64,000 bases of DNA from Octopus sinensis. Lineage: Eukaryota. Location: positions 1 through 64,000 of the forward strand of contig NW_021833635.1 of the NCBI RefSeq assembly GCF_006345805.1, given 5' to 3'. Positions 49,507 to 62,788 of the stretch are shown here, one piece after another. A program made the position numbers and the translations under genes. Positions within the stretch are counted from its first letter, which is position 1, and the number at the start of each line of letters is the position of its first letter. A model generated the notes under the pieces. The model was not told the DNA's origin, searched no databases, and saw only the letters and a program-made list of their open reading frames with translations.

Positions 49507-50016
49507 GTACATACATACATACATACATACATACAACCTACATACATACATAATACCATACATACAGGTCATATATAACACACACATATTTCTCTCACAA
49601 TTTTGTTTTTCTCCTCATTTCTTTCTGCAGGAGAGCACAGTTTCGAAACGTCGAAGACTTTCATTTTTCCTGATCGTCAAACTAATATACCATTTTTGTT
49701 GTTCCCTCACCTGTCTCTGTCATGATTTTTTTTTGTATAATTTTGAACCATATGTATATATACATATGTGTGTGTGTGTATGTGTGAGTGTGTGTGTCTG
49801 TGTGTGTGTGTATGTGTGAGTGTGTGTGCCTGTGTGTATGTGCTTTTGCGTTTGTCTCCTCCACCATTACTTCACAACCAATATCTGCAGAATGAAACCG
49901 ATAGAATATGTACCGGGTTTAAAAAAAGATATATGCAAGAATTAAACCCTTCATGATGGTGCCCCAGAATGGGCGCAGTCCAATGACTGAAACAAGTAAA
50001 TGATAACAGATAATGA

Positions 50017-50199
50017 ACAGGAGTGGCTGTGTGGTAAGTAGCTTGCTAACCAACCACATGGTTCCGGGTTCAGTCCCACTGCGTGGCATCTTGGGCAAGT
50101 GTCTTCTGCTATAGCTCCGGGCCGACCAATGCCTGTGAGTGGATTTGGTAGACGGAAACTGAAAGAAGCCGTCTATAAATGTATATAATATATATATAA

Positions 50200-50231
<32 letters not shown>

Positions 50232-50455
50232 TGTGTGTGTGTGTGTTTGTGTGTGTGTGTTTGTCCCCCAGCATTGCTTGACAGCCGATGCTGGTGTGTT
50301 TATGTCCCCTCACTTAGCGGTTCGGCAAAAGAGAACGATAGAATAAGTACTGGGCTTACAAAGAAATAAGTCCAGGGGTCTATTTGCTCGACTAAAGGCG
50401 GTGCTCCAGCATGGCCGCAGTCAAATGACTGAAACAAGTAAAAGAAAGAAAAAGA
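50017..50455 (+). mobile_element. SINE family B
   Basis: Full-length match. Confidence 0.9.
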
Positions 50456-51059
50456 ATAAACGCATTGTTGTAGTTATGGGTTGTTGAAGTGCTCCAAAAA
50501 GCAGCTTTTTGTCAGAATGTACTGAACGGAATGAATAAAGTCATTCATATTTTGGGAACCCCTTAATTTGGAATGCGACAGAGAAATACATACACTTGCG
50601 TCAGAAATTAATTAGCACTTCTCAAATTTCTACATTAAATAGGTAAATCAATTACCTATGAGCTGTTCAAAACATCTTACGCGATGAGAAAACTTAGTAT
50701 GGGTGTGTTTCGGTCCTTGCGGGCGCTACCGATATCTATTAAACAAAGGAAGATTTGTCTGCATCCGCACTCCAAGTTGTTGCACTGCTATGTCAACATC
50801 ATAAGGCTGTAGACTCTCAAACTGCTCTGCAAACAAGTTACGTCATCGTTCTGCGCAACAGTGAACTCGCAACAAAGCAATAGTTCGCGAGATTATGGCC
50901 ACTAGGTGACAGCACATACCTTGAGTGAAGAGCAAATCACGGGTGTAATTACATTTCTGACGGTAGTGTAAGATTAGGAAGTTGTTGCATCGATCAAGAG
51001 AGATTGTTTACAAGTGCAGCTAGTGTTATACTTCCATACTTATTTGTCTTTTGATACTC

Positions 51060-51207
51060 TTTTTGTTTTACTCTTTTTCTTGTTTCAGTCATTTGACTGC
51101 GACCACGCTGGAGCACCGTTTTTCGTTGTTTAAAAAAAGTCCGTTTCTTGTTTGATTTTATGTTCTCGTCTCTCGTTGTGTTCTACGTTTATTTGTGGTG
51201 TCCTGTA

Positions 51208-51270
<63 letters not shown>

Positions 51271-51320
51271 TTTGTTTGTTTTCCACCTGCCTTCGTCTTT
51301 TGTCTATTTTCATAAAGCTT

Positions 51321-51371
<51 letters not shown>

Positions 51372-51645
51372 CATGTATATATACATGTAGATGTAAGTAT
51401 GTACATATATGTATGTATATATGCATATATTTTATTTATGGTATATTAATATATGACCGAACGCACGCGTTCGACCCAGGACTTATTCTTTGTAAGCCTA
51501 GTATTATTCTATCGGTCTCTTTTGCAGAACCGCTAAGTGACGGGGACGTAAGCACACCAGCATCAGTTGTCAAGCGATGTTGGGAGGGACAAACACAGAC
51601 ACAACAAACCCCACACACACACGCACACACACACACACTCACACA

Positions 51646-51688
<43 letters not shown>

Positions 51689-52108
51689 CTAATATATTAT
51701 ATATATATTTTATAGAAGGAGCTTCTACGGATAGAACTGTTTCATTCAAAAGAAATCATCAGGAATCTCCTGATGATTTCTTTTGAATGAAACAGTTCTA
51801 GTCCTGTAGAAGCTCCTTCTATAAAATAAATTAATTACTCTGCTATGTATTGAGTACCTTATTTACTGTGGTTAACCCCGACACTCAACCCGGGACCTAC
51901 ACATATATATTATAATATATATATATATATATATACATGTATACGACTGGCTTCTTTCAGTTTCCGTCTACCAAATCCACTCACAAGACTTTGTCGGCCC
52001 GAGGCTATACTAGAAGACACTGGCCCAAGGTGCCACACAGTAGGGCTGAACCCGGAACCATATGGTTGGTAAGAAAGCTATTTTACCACACAGCCACTCC
52101 CGCGCCTA
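51060..52108 (-). mobile_element. SINE family B broken by several nested insertions
   Basis: Pieces at 51060-51120, 51470-51610 and 51935-52108. Confidence 0.75.
51708..51826. repeat. Near-perfect 57-bp-arm hairpin containing CTGATGA and GAAAC boxes
   Basis: Arms 51708-51764 and 51768-51826, loop ATC. Confidence 0.9.
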
Positions 52109-52349
52109 AGTATACATGAAAGTATAACGAGCTGCCCTTGAGCGAGTTTCTACTTTCATTACTGATAGATGAAACTGGAAGCCTTGGGTCGTAACATCTG
52201 ATTAGGGAGCAATGCATTGGCTTAATATGTTTGATCGTACGTCTTTTGAATGGCGACTGGTCTGGTGTTAAACAACGATTACAACAAAAACAATAATATT
52301 TCATTTTGGATTTGCAAGATTCTTTATATGAGTTCGTGTGTTGAGGCAT

Positions 52350-52671
52350 ATTCTGTTGTGTTTGGGGAGAGTCATTCTCTTTTAGTGCCTTATAATGTAA
52401 CACACTCACCGGTAAAATTTCCACTTATTTCTTATTTTTATTTTCCTAAAATTTTCGTTGCGTCTTGCAACCTTTTCAATAGTCTTGATAATGAATAAAT
52501 AAAAAGGAAAGCAATGTAAATAACGGACAGAGTCAAGACTATTGAAAAGGTTGCAAGACACAACGAAAATTTTAGGAAAATAAAAATAAGAAATAAGTGG
52601 AAATTTTACCGGTGAGTGTGTTACATTATAAGGCACTAAAAGAAAATTACTTTCCCTAGACACAACAGAAA
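52350..52671. repeat. Long inverted repeat (MITE-like)
   Basis: 52381-52488 vs 52533-52640 differ at about 1 position; outer about 30 bp more diverged. Confidence 0.9.
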
Positions 52672-52920
52672 AACAATTATGGGAACAATAAATAATAATA
52701 GCATCTGATAAGACGTTAATGAGCGAGTATAGCATCTAGTGTTCGCATGACTTGCTAGAAACAACAACTAAATCTCCTCCGGATCAAAGCCACGTTCATC
52801 GTCTTCGGAAAAAGGACACGCTCGATGATATATTCCCAAACACTAAGTGAGAAGAATAGGAACCTGGAAAGAATTTTCATATCTGAGCTCTTTTACAACT
52901 GACCTGGTGTTAAACAGCAA

Positions 52921-53169
52921 CTGACCGAAGTTAACGTGGTCTTTTCCGTAGGCTTTTCTTTCTACAGATAAACCGTATCTACTTCCCCCTTTACACTTTA
53001 CATCATGACAATTCTGTGATACACGATCCCTATTGATGGTTTTTTTTTTTCCCTTTTACGACCCCTTTTGATCGAAAACCTACCCCACTTTTTTTACTCC
53101 CCTAAAAGAAAAGCTCTACTTTGTAATTTGTCCCGTCTGTGTGCAGCCCTGTGTGTCTAATAAAGAAAC
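52921..53169 (+). mobile_element. 3' UTR-only copy of the second Tx1 family
   Basis: Matches 18510-18830, including GCAGCCCTGTGTG.CTAATAAAGAAAC. Confidence 0.85.
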
Positions 53170-53644
53170 AGGGAAACCTATATCAACGAATGTAATAAAA
53201 AACAAAATATAGCTATAAAGGCAAAAGCCGTTTATTATAATCAATTTGAGAAACAGCCTTTTAGATAACAACAACCAGTTGATAACATTGAGTGTATGTT
53301 ATAACAACATCTTGAGTTTGTTTAATACCCAGGACCCACTCTCGCATAAGACAAAGCCCCTATTTATTTTTGTAACAAAAACAAATTTAATGCTCCATCA
53401 TAAACCCATACACTCGATATCCCATCCGTAATACGGTTGCATTAAACGCATGGCAATTATTTGTTACATTTAAGAATAAAAAAAAGCGCGTCTTATTCAC
53501 CTCATACAACCATTCATTAACATTATCCCGGATCATAATTACTGACTTCCGACTTCCGCTGTTATAGCTTCCTACTGTACAGTATTTTGTCATTTCAGTT
53601 AATAGCACTGAAGGTATCAAGCTAATAGATTTAAAGTTGGTCTT

Positions 53645-53898
53645 TACTATTTTACTCTTTTACTTGTTTCAGTCATTTTGACTGCGGCCATGCTGGAGCA
53701 CCCCCTTTAGTCGAGCAAATCGACCTCGGGACTTATTCTTTTTTATAAGCCCAGTGCTTATTCTATCGGTCTTTTTTGCCGAACCGCTAAGTGACGGGGA
53801 CGTAAACACACCAGCATCGGTTGTCAAGCAATGCTAGGGGGACAAACACAGAACACACAAACACAGACAACAAAACACATACATACATATATAAATAT

Positions 53899-53932
<34 letters not shown>

Positions 53933-54092
53933 ACGACAGGCTTCTTCAGTTTCCGTCTACCAAATCCACTCACAAGGCATTGGTCGGCCCGGGGCTATAG
54001 TAGAAGACACTTGCTCAAGATGCCACGCAGTGGGAATGAACCCGGAACCATGTGGTTGGTTAGCAAGCTACTTACCACACAGCCACTCCTGC
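53645..54092 (-). mobile_element. SINE family B
   Basis: Full-length match. Confidence 0.9.
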
Positions 54093-55599
54093 GGTCATGT
54101 TTTTCACCAAGTCAATTGTAAATGAGACACTCAAGGCAGGACAAGGGAAATATATTGCACATACCGTTAATCGCAAAGATTGGTTAACGAAAAGAATTAA
54201 ATAATTTATTGTAATTTTCCTTCTTTCAATTATCCTTTCTGCTCCATCGGATTATCGAACGACCCTTGGTGACCTCTTTGACAAGTACTGAGTGCTTGTC
54301 ATAGAATCTTAATGAGAGAATAGAAAGATGGTTTTCTGTTAACCTCCTTTTTCACAAGACACCATTTTGTTTGTTACATCAGCCTAGGCACTCTAAAAGT
54401 TAACAGAACGATACACTGGATAGTGTCTTGTCTAGAACTCAATCTCGCCAAAATACCGCCCTAGAGTGGTAATTTATAGACCACGGAGAAATGAATGGCA
54501 AATTTGACAATTGTAGAATTTGAAACCGCAAGATAAAGAGCTAGATCAATCTACGGTATAGCACTTTGTCCAATGCTTTGAGAATCCCGCTATTACAACA
54601 CAATGGGGTGGTATTTTATTGAATAATAATCACCTTTTGTTTGTTTGAGAATTATTGCTTGATAATGTAAATGTGAGCGACTTAATGTGTAAGGAACGAC
54701 GGATAGTTTCCTGGCTTAGAGCTTTGTACGGCTTTAAGTGTTGTGAAATTTTTAAATAATATCTCTGATAGCACCAGGTAACTGTATCTCGCAAATAAAT
54801 AAATACATTTTCAACGCTTTGCACAATTAGGAAGCAAACAAATATTTATATATATCAGGATATTAAGTATCAACAAAGTTTTCAGAGAAAAAGCAATTTT
54901 GATGTGTCAGTCAAGACTACTTGATAAATCATAAATTTAGAAAGGAGATTTCCCTGGAGTCACGACTCATTATTGATAGAAATACATAAATATCTATTTA
55001 TCTTAAAGTCAGACTAAAATTGTTGTCATATTTAGTAGCACAGCCAGACTATAATTGATGTCATCGTAAGTAGCACAAGAAAATTTTATAACTCCCAAAC
55101 CATTACCCATTAAATAAAAAAAAAAAGAAACAAATTTTTATTTAATACTAATTGTGTATACACATGAATTACATTTACAATAAATTAATATGGTGATTAT
55201 TGGAAATACTTCACAATAGATTACTGAACACATTTTCTGAACGCAAACATATTTAAACTTAATAAGTTTAGCCCCACGGCAGTACTGACCGTGCATATGA
55301 TATTTTATTCGTGACCATCCTGTCTGTAATTTAAATAGACATTCCTTTTTATAAGAGAATAAATTGTGACATGAGGGAATATGACGTGCGAGAATGTAGA
55401 GGCCCATTCGTTGGCTTCTAGACTTAAACGCCCTATTACTATTCTTGGTTTCTAAGAGAGAAGAAATATTTTTATGGATAAAGTTTCATCAGTGGATAAG
55501 ACTGTCACACCGCACACACTGTCTGCCGTCTGTATGACTCTTTTTCTTTTACTTCATTCAGTTCTCCCTCTTGCTCTCCGGTTTTCCCAGCATAATTTC

Positions 55600-55745
55600 A
55601 TATTCCGGATAGAAGAAATTAAACACAATTCAGCAGTAGGACCTGATAGGTTCCCTGCTTGTGTCCCAAAGGTGTGTCGACATCAACTTGCACCTCCTCT
55701 TGCTAATCTGTGGAGGAAATCACTGGATACTGGCTATATTCCTAA
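55600..55745 (+). pseudogene. CR1/L2-type RT fragment
   Basis: IEEIKHNSAVGPDRFPACVPKVCRHQLAPPLANLWRKSLDTGYIP. Confidence 0.7.
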
Positions 55746-55980
55746 GAACTTCCTGTACCAGAGCGGGATGGGTTACCCGACATGTAAAAAATTCTAACTG
55801 GGCCCCACCGTCAAAGTCATGCGCTGTCTATCTTGAGATGAGATCATTATGTCGCACACTTATGATTGTGATGCATGTGCCTGGTGTACCCTTATCAGAC
55901 GGGTAGTCATGATGGTGTACTGGGCTTCGTATATTTTACCCCAGTGTCATGCACTGCTCTCTCACTCAATAATAATAATG

Positions 55981-56042
<62 letters not shown>

Positions 56043-56500
56043 AATAACAACAACAACAATAATAATGGTTTCATAAATTTTAGATTAACATACCAAATGT
56101 AACAGCAGCTCAAAGAATGCCTGTGAAAATATAACGTTATCGCAATGAATGTAGTTAAAAAGGATCTATAAATACAGGTTTGGGTGATGTATCACGGTTG
56201 ATGCTCAACCCTAAAGACCATCACAACAGGTAGGAGCAACGGAAGAAAATGCACCCAGGATACTGGCTATATTCCTAAGAACTTCCTGTACCAGAGCGGG
56301 ATGGGTTACCCGACATGTAAAAAATTCTAACTGGGCCCCACCGTCAAAGTCATGCGCTGTCTATCTTGAGATGAGATCATTATGTCGCACACTTATGATT
56401 GTGATGCATGTGCCTGGTGTACCCTTATCAGACGGGTAGTCATGATGGTGTACTGGGCTTCGTATATTTTACCCCAGTGTCATGCACTGCTCTCTCACTC

Positions 56501-56547
<47 letters not shown>

Positions 56548-56778
56548 TAATAATAATAATAATAACAACAACAACAATAATAATGGTTTCATAAATTTTA
56601 GATTAACATACCAAATGTAACAGCAGCTCAAAGAATGCCTGTGAAAATATAACGTTACCGCAATGAATGTAGTTAAAAAGGATCTATAAATACAGGTTTG
56701 GGTGATGTATCACGGTTGATGCTCAACCCTAAAGACCATCACAACAGGTAGGAGCAACGGAAGAAAATGCACCCAGGA
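55725..56778 (+). repeat. Tandem duplication (533 and 518 bp units)
   Basis: Units start GGATACTGGC at 55725 and 56258; they differ mainly in (AAT)n length; GGA microhomology. Confidence 0.95.
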
Positions 56779-56819
56779 CACAACTATGTACTTAACCTTG
56801 TATATCCTTCCCCATCCTA

Positions 56820-57530
56820 ACTTACTTTTTCAAGTGAAGCTCGGAAAAGATGATGAGGGTTTGGCCAAAACGGAAGGTGTCTGCCTTTAAACCTTTAATC
56901 TGGTCCGTCACAACATTATTCGCTACAGCCACTAGATTTATAAACACTGTTTTTCCTTCTCTGTCAAGGAAAGGTGACTTAACGATGTTTACAATAGACT
57001 CAGCTAATAGCTGGATCGGTCCTACACGTGACAGCAGGTGATCGACATAACTTCGCAAGTGAGCAATACTTCGGCCCGCCCTACGCAAGTGCGTGCGGAA
57101 CAGCTTCGTCGCTCTGCATTCATCTCGGTCAGCCCGACTGACTGCATTCCATATCTGTAGACGTTATCTCTGCCTAGCAATGACAGTTAAGATACTTCTG
57201 GAAATTGTTCATGGGTTCCTCTCCAGAATAGAACACTGAGTTAATTCTCATCGAGGCCCAGGGTCTCCGGTGTATATCGTCACTCTTGCCCACCACCAAT
57301 CTCCCACTGAACCCCATGGTGGAGCTTCTACTGATTGCAAGGCACGACTGTTGGGGGATTATGAGCATCTGATGACACCTCAGGCGCCAAGTGCTATATC
57401 CCAGCCTATGCTTGATCCAGAACTGCAACAAAGAGGCGAGCTGTGAAGAATTTGAATCTGCCAAACATTGATCTAACCTGGTCATCGTCAAGGAAACGCA
57501 TATGTTACTGTGTAATGTCTGCGCATCATT
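56820..57530 (-). pseudogene. Third Tx1 ORF2 C-terminal fragment
   Basis: YVDHLLSRVG.IQLLAESIVNI...REGKTVFINLVAVA..., homologous to 18100-18330; ATGATGCGCAGACA motif near 57520. Confidence 0.8.
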
Positions 57531-57675
57531 AGCCGCGGTACGACCAGTCTTCCGTGCAGCGAATGTCGACAGGAAATACCTCTCTGATCAGTAGAACAGG
57601 TTTCATCCACAGAAAGTGGAAGAACAATGGCTTTGAACATATTCTGGGATATGCTAATCTACAAATACAACGATA

Positions 57676-58077
57676 TCGGCGTAGCAGTGGCTGTGTGGTA
57701 AGTAGCTTGCTTACGAACTTCATGGTTCCGGGTTCAGTCCCACTGCGTGGTACCTTGGTCAAGTGTCTTCTACTATAGCCTCGGGCCGACCATAGCCTTG
57801 TGAGTGGATTTGGTAGAAGGAAACTGAAAAGAAGCCCGTCGTATATATGTATGTATATATATGTATGTGTGTGTGTATATGTTTGTGTGTTTGTGTTTGT
57901 CTCCCCAACATCGCTTGACAACCGATGGTGGTGTGTTTATGCCCCCATAACCTAGCGGTTCGGCAAAAGATGCCGATAGAATGAGTACTAGGCTTACAAA
58001 GAATAAGTCCTGGGGTCGATTTACTCGACTGAAGGCGGTGCTCCAGCATGGTCACAGTCAAATGACTGAAACAAGAA
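57676..58077 (+). mobile_element. SINE family B
   Basis: Full-length match. Confidence 0.9.
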
Positions 58078-58622
58078 TTGACCCAATATAAAAATCAAGA
58101 AATTTCGACAACTAGAATGTACGGGTTGAAAACAAGCAATCCGTATTATAGTAGCTGTTAAGGAAATGATTTAAAAAATATGTTGATGAAACCCCAGAAT
58201 TTACACATTGTACAAATATGACTTCAGTACATTCAACACAAAAGGAAGCATTAAACCAAAATGGAAGTATTGACCAATAATGCATACAGCTGTGCTCTAC
58301 TGTGTAGTGAAAGCAAGCAATTAAAATAAAACTACTGAAAAACAAGTTACGATGAGCATAAAAAAGACCTCTTTTTATCGTGACCGATTGTGGCCTCATG
58401 TAGTTCAGAGAGGTGATGACGTATGGTGTATGACAGTAATTCGGTTACACGTGTTGCCAAAGGCTAATATAATCCTTGTAAGATGGTGAAGTAATTTACA
58501 CGTAGATAGTTATAAATTGTTGTTGCTGTTGTTGGTTAGCTCAAGGACAGCTGTTACAAAGCAAACCTATGTTCGACACCAATCAAGCCATAATCCTTCT
58601 GCTTTCTTCTTTTTATTCAATA

Positions 58623-59020
58623 CTAACTGTATCGCCCGGCGTTGCTCGGGTTTGTAAGGGAAATAACTATACAGCATTTTTAGAGAGTTATAGCCAAAAA
58701 ATAGCAAAAAAAAATGCATTAAAAATGGAAAAAAAATGATGGTAAATTTTTTTAAAAATCGTTGACTCATCGTAGACATTTTTAGAGAGTTACTTCCCTT
58801 ATATAATAGCGAAAAAAATGCATTAAAATGGAAAAAATGATGGTAATTTTTTTTTAAATCGTAGACTCATCGTAGACGCGCGCTAATAGCCAGAAGGGCT
58901 CGATATAAATCACGACTATAAGATACCCAGTTTTGGTTACACTGCACCGCAAAATGTGGGAGTAGTTAGGAATCTAAATCGTAGGAGACAGACACACAAC
59001 TTCACTTTTATATATAAAGA
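58623..59020 (-). mobile_element. Non-autonomous Helitron
   Basis: Minus strand starts TC after A; ends with hairpin CCCGAGCAACGCCGGG then TTAG (CTAG variant) before T; internal about 85-bp tandem repeat. Confidence 0.7.
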
Positions 59021-59049
59021 TATATGTTTAATACACTCTTGTATTTTTT

Positions 59050-59807
59050 TGTTGTTGCCTTTTTCAAGCCTAGCCAGGATCATGGACCTGGTTTCCCGGT
59101 TTCTGTGGCGTATGTGTTCCCCTCCCCCCCAGCAGGACAGGACGCCAATCCATCGCAGCGTTACTCAAGAAACAGGAAGAGTGAGTGAGAGAAAGTTGTA
59201 GCGAAAGACTACAACAGGGGTCGCCACCACTCCCTGCCGGAGTTTCGTGGAACTTTTAGGTGTTTTCGTTCAATAAACACACACAATATCTGATACTTAT
59301 TTCTTTATTACCCACAAGGGGCTAAACATAGAGGGGACAAACAAGGACAGACATAGGTATTAAGTCGATTACATCGACCCAGTGCGTAACTGGTACTTAT
59401 TTAATCGACCCCGAAAGGATGAAAGGCAAAGTCGACCTCGGCGGAATTTGAACTCAGAACGTAAAGACAGACAAAATACCTATTTCTTTATTACCCACAA
59501 GGGGCTAAATATAGAGGGGACAAACAAGGACAGACATAGGTATTAAGTCGATTACATCGACCCCAGTGCGTAACTGGTACTTAATTTATCGACCCCGAAA
59601 GGATGAAAGGCAAAGTCGACCTCGGCGGAATTTGAACTCACAACGTAACGGCAGACGAAATACCGCTAAGCATTTCGCCCGACAAAATACCGTTAAACAT
59701 TTCGCCCGACGTGCTAACGTATCTGCCAGCTCACCGGTTTGGGAATCGATACCGCGATCCTCCGACCGCGAGTCCGCTGCCTTAACCACTGGGCCATTGC
59801 GCCTCCA
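59050..59807 (-). mobile_element. Mosaic SINE (family C head and body + family D tail) interrupted by a SINE A dimer at 59297-59733
   Basis: Head 59734-59807, body 59165-59287, V-like tail 59050-59165. Confidence 0.8.
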
Positions 59808-60224
59808 CACTCTTGTATTAGTTAATATTTTTAAGACGCCTGATTATGATTTAAGGGATGCTGGCTACTATTCCTAGTTAGTTGAGTGAATACGCAGTGG
59901 TATTTCGTTTTGGTGGAAATCGTAGATGTAAAATGCCGCTGTTGTTATTGGTGTTGTTGTTGTTGTTGTTGTTGAGATCTAGTTGAACTCTTATCAAGTA
60001 AACTCATAATGAAAGGCGTTCCATTTGAGACCATCTCATCTCTGAATATCCTCTAATTTTGCATATTTAGAAATGAAAGATCTAATCCGGATGGGATCCG
60101 GATTAGATGTGATCTAATAATCTCTTTCACTCAAGGGATTTGGCTCCTATTTCTTACAAGTTGATCAGTTTACTAGAAGCTTTTTAGTAACAGTTTACAC
60201 TAGTATGAAGAAACAAATGCATTC

Positions 60225-60598
60225 TACATTATTTACATTTGACGGATATTCGTCCTCATCTTGTTTGTTATTAACACAACGTTTCAGCTGATATACCCTC
60301 CAGCCTTCATCAGGTGTCTCGGTGAAATTTCAAACCTGGGTTCTCATTACTAAGGTATTTTTCGATGTTATTTTATTATTATTATTATTATTATTATTAT
60401 CATTCTTCTTCTTCTTCTTCTTTTCTTCTTCTTCTTCTTCTTCTTCTTCTCTTCTTCTTCTCCTCCTCCTCCTCCTCCTCCTCCTCATCATCATCATCAT
60501 CATCATCATCACCACCACCATCATCATTATCGTAATTATTATTTTTATTATTATCATTATTATTATTATTGTTATTATTATTGTTGTTATTATTATTG

Positions 60599-60669
<71 letters not shown>

Positions 60670-60744
60670 TCACTGCTGCCTGGAATCGAACTCGGAATCT
60701 TGGGGTTAGTAGCCCGCGCTCTTAACCACTACACCATATGCCCG
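60225..60744 (-). mobile_element. Hammerhead-tailed tRNA SINE (family H), copy 3
   Basis: Complete head, compound trinucleotide body and hammerhead tail. Confidence 0.88.
60273..60318 (-). ncRNA. Minimal type I hammerhead ribozyme
   Basis: GACAC-CTGATGA-A-GGCTG(loop)CAGCT-GAA-ACGT-T-GTGTT. Confidence 0.78.
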
Positions 60745-60934
60745 TTACATTTCCATTGCAGAAAAGTATGTTCACCACAACTTCCCAATGTCTCATTCTC
60801 TAAAAGAGACCGGTATTGTGCTTATATAACTATCTCTATCTTTCCTACACACAATAGAGAGCTGCAACATCCTCAGTACATTGTTTGATATTTTTTTTTT
60901 CTGAGAAATACTTAAATTAGGCAATATATTATTG

Positions 60935-61730
60935 CATTATTTTACTTGTTTCAGTCATTTGATTGCGGCCCAGCTGAAGCACCGCTTTGAAGTATATTAG
61001 TCGAACAAATCGACCCCAGGACTTATTCTTTGTAAGCCTAGTACTTATTCTATCGGTCTCTTTGCCGAACCGTTATATTACGGGGACGTAAACACACCAA
61101 CACCAGTTGTCAAGCAGTGATGGGGGAACAATCGCAGACACAAAGACACACACACACATATTTATACGAAGGGCTTCTTTCAGTTTCCGCCTACCAAATC
61201 CACACACAAAGCTTTGGTCGGCCAGAGGCTATAGCAGAAGACATTTGCCCACGGTACAACGCAGTGAGTTTGAACCCTGGACCATGTGACTGGGAAGCAA
61301 TCTTCTTACCATAAGCCACGCCATACATATAATTTCATTCAATAACCAACCACATGGTTCCGGGTTCGGTCCCACTGCGTGGCATCTTGGGCAAGTGTCT
61401 TCTGCTATAGCCCCGGGCCGACCAATGCCTTGTGAGTGGATTTGGTAGACGGAAACTGAAAGAAGCCCGTCGTATATATGTATATATATGTATATGCGTG
61501 TGTGCGTTTGTGTGTCTGGGTTTGTCCCCCTAGCATTGCTTGACAACCGATGCTGGTGTGTTTATGTCCCCGTTACTTAGCGGTTCGGCAAAAGAGAGAC
61601 CGATAGAATAAGTACTGGGCTTCCAAAAGAATAATTCCCAGGGTCGATATGCTCGATTAAAGGCGGTGCTCCAGCATGGCCGCAGTCAAATGAATGAAAC
61701 AAGTAAAAGAGTAAAGAGAGTAAAGAGTAT
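60935..61730. mobile_element. Two head-to-head SINE B copies (60935-61325 -, 61345-61730 +)
   Basis: Match to consensus in opposite orientations. Confidence 0.85.
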
Positions 61731-62605
61731 ATATTTAGCCTTGATTTTGGTATTCTGAGAAGAACATGTGAGTCTGACAACTGAAGTGTTGTGCTTTCTG
61801 CTGACTTGGATCTTATTCAGTTCTGGTGCAGTAATTGTTTATCGAGCGCATATTGCTAAATCAATTCGGTTGCGTGTTCTTGACTACAACGAAGCTAAAT
61901 GAGATACAGCAAGGTCGAAAATGCAATATTTTTCGTTATTAGAATCGTATGTTCTGTAGGGGTTATAACACCAAAGTTGCTTTAAGGTAAGGTTAATCAT
62001 TTCTATCAAACTACAATCTCCATCTCTTGGCGGAAAAACCATTCAGACAGCAAAACATAGAACGAACATTGGAACTACAATTATATTTTTCAGTGTGAAT
62101 ATTGCTTCAAAATCAACTCAGATATTTTCGAATTCGTGACTAATAAATTAGTTTTATGATAGTAATCGCAGAATTAGTTCCTTAATCAACATTTTAGAAG
62201 TTTGTCGATAAATAAAAGTACAATAGTAGGTTTAACGCGAGGAGTGAAAAGGTAAACTTTCGTAGACTTCTTTTTTGGAAAGAATAAAGAGATTTCATGA
62301 AAACAGTACAGGCGCTATTGGTTAAAATGTATTTCTACTCTTTCAAAACAAGTATCCTAAAATATCTAATTTACTTTTTCAGTCTTCATGACAAACGAAC
62401 TGCTATATGCCTGATTTTGAACTGTTATATACATATACATACATACTCACACATACACACACACATATATATATATACACCTGTATATATGTATATATAT
62501 ATATACGTATATATGTATATACATATATATATATACGTATATATGTATATATATTTGCATATACATATATATATATATATATATACATATATACATATAT
62601 ATGCA

Positions 62606-62639
<34 letters not shown>

Positions 62640-62669
62640 TGTACAGATACACACACACACACACATGTA

Positions 62670-62754
62670 TATACTATAGGCTCAGGCTGAACAAAGCCTT
62701 GTGAGGAGTGTATTTCGTACACAAAAACTGAAAGAAGACTGACGTATATATGTG

Positions 62755-62788
<34 letters not shown>

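Noticed and set aside
53500-53575. Promoter from tandem CTTCCG (ETS-like) motifs
   Set aside because: Two short motifs with no adjacent gene evidence.
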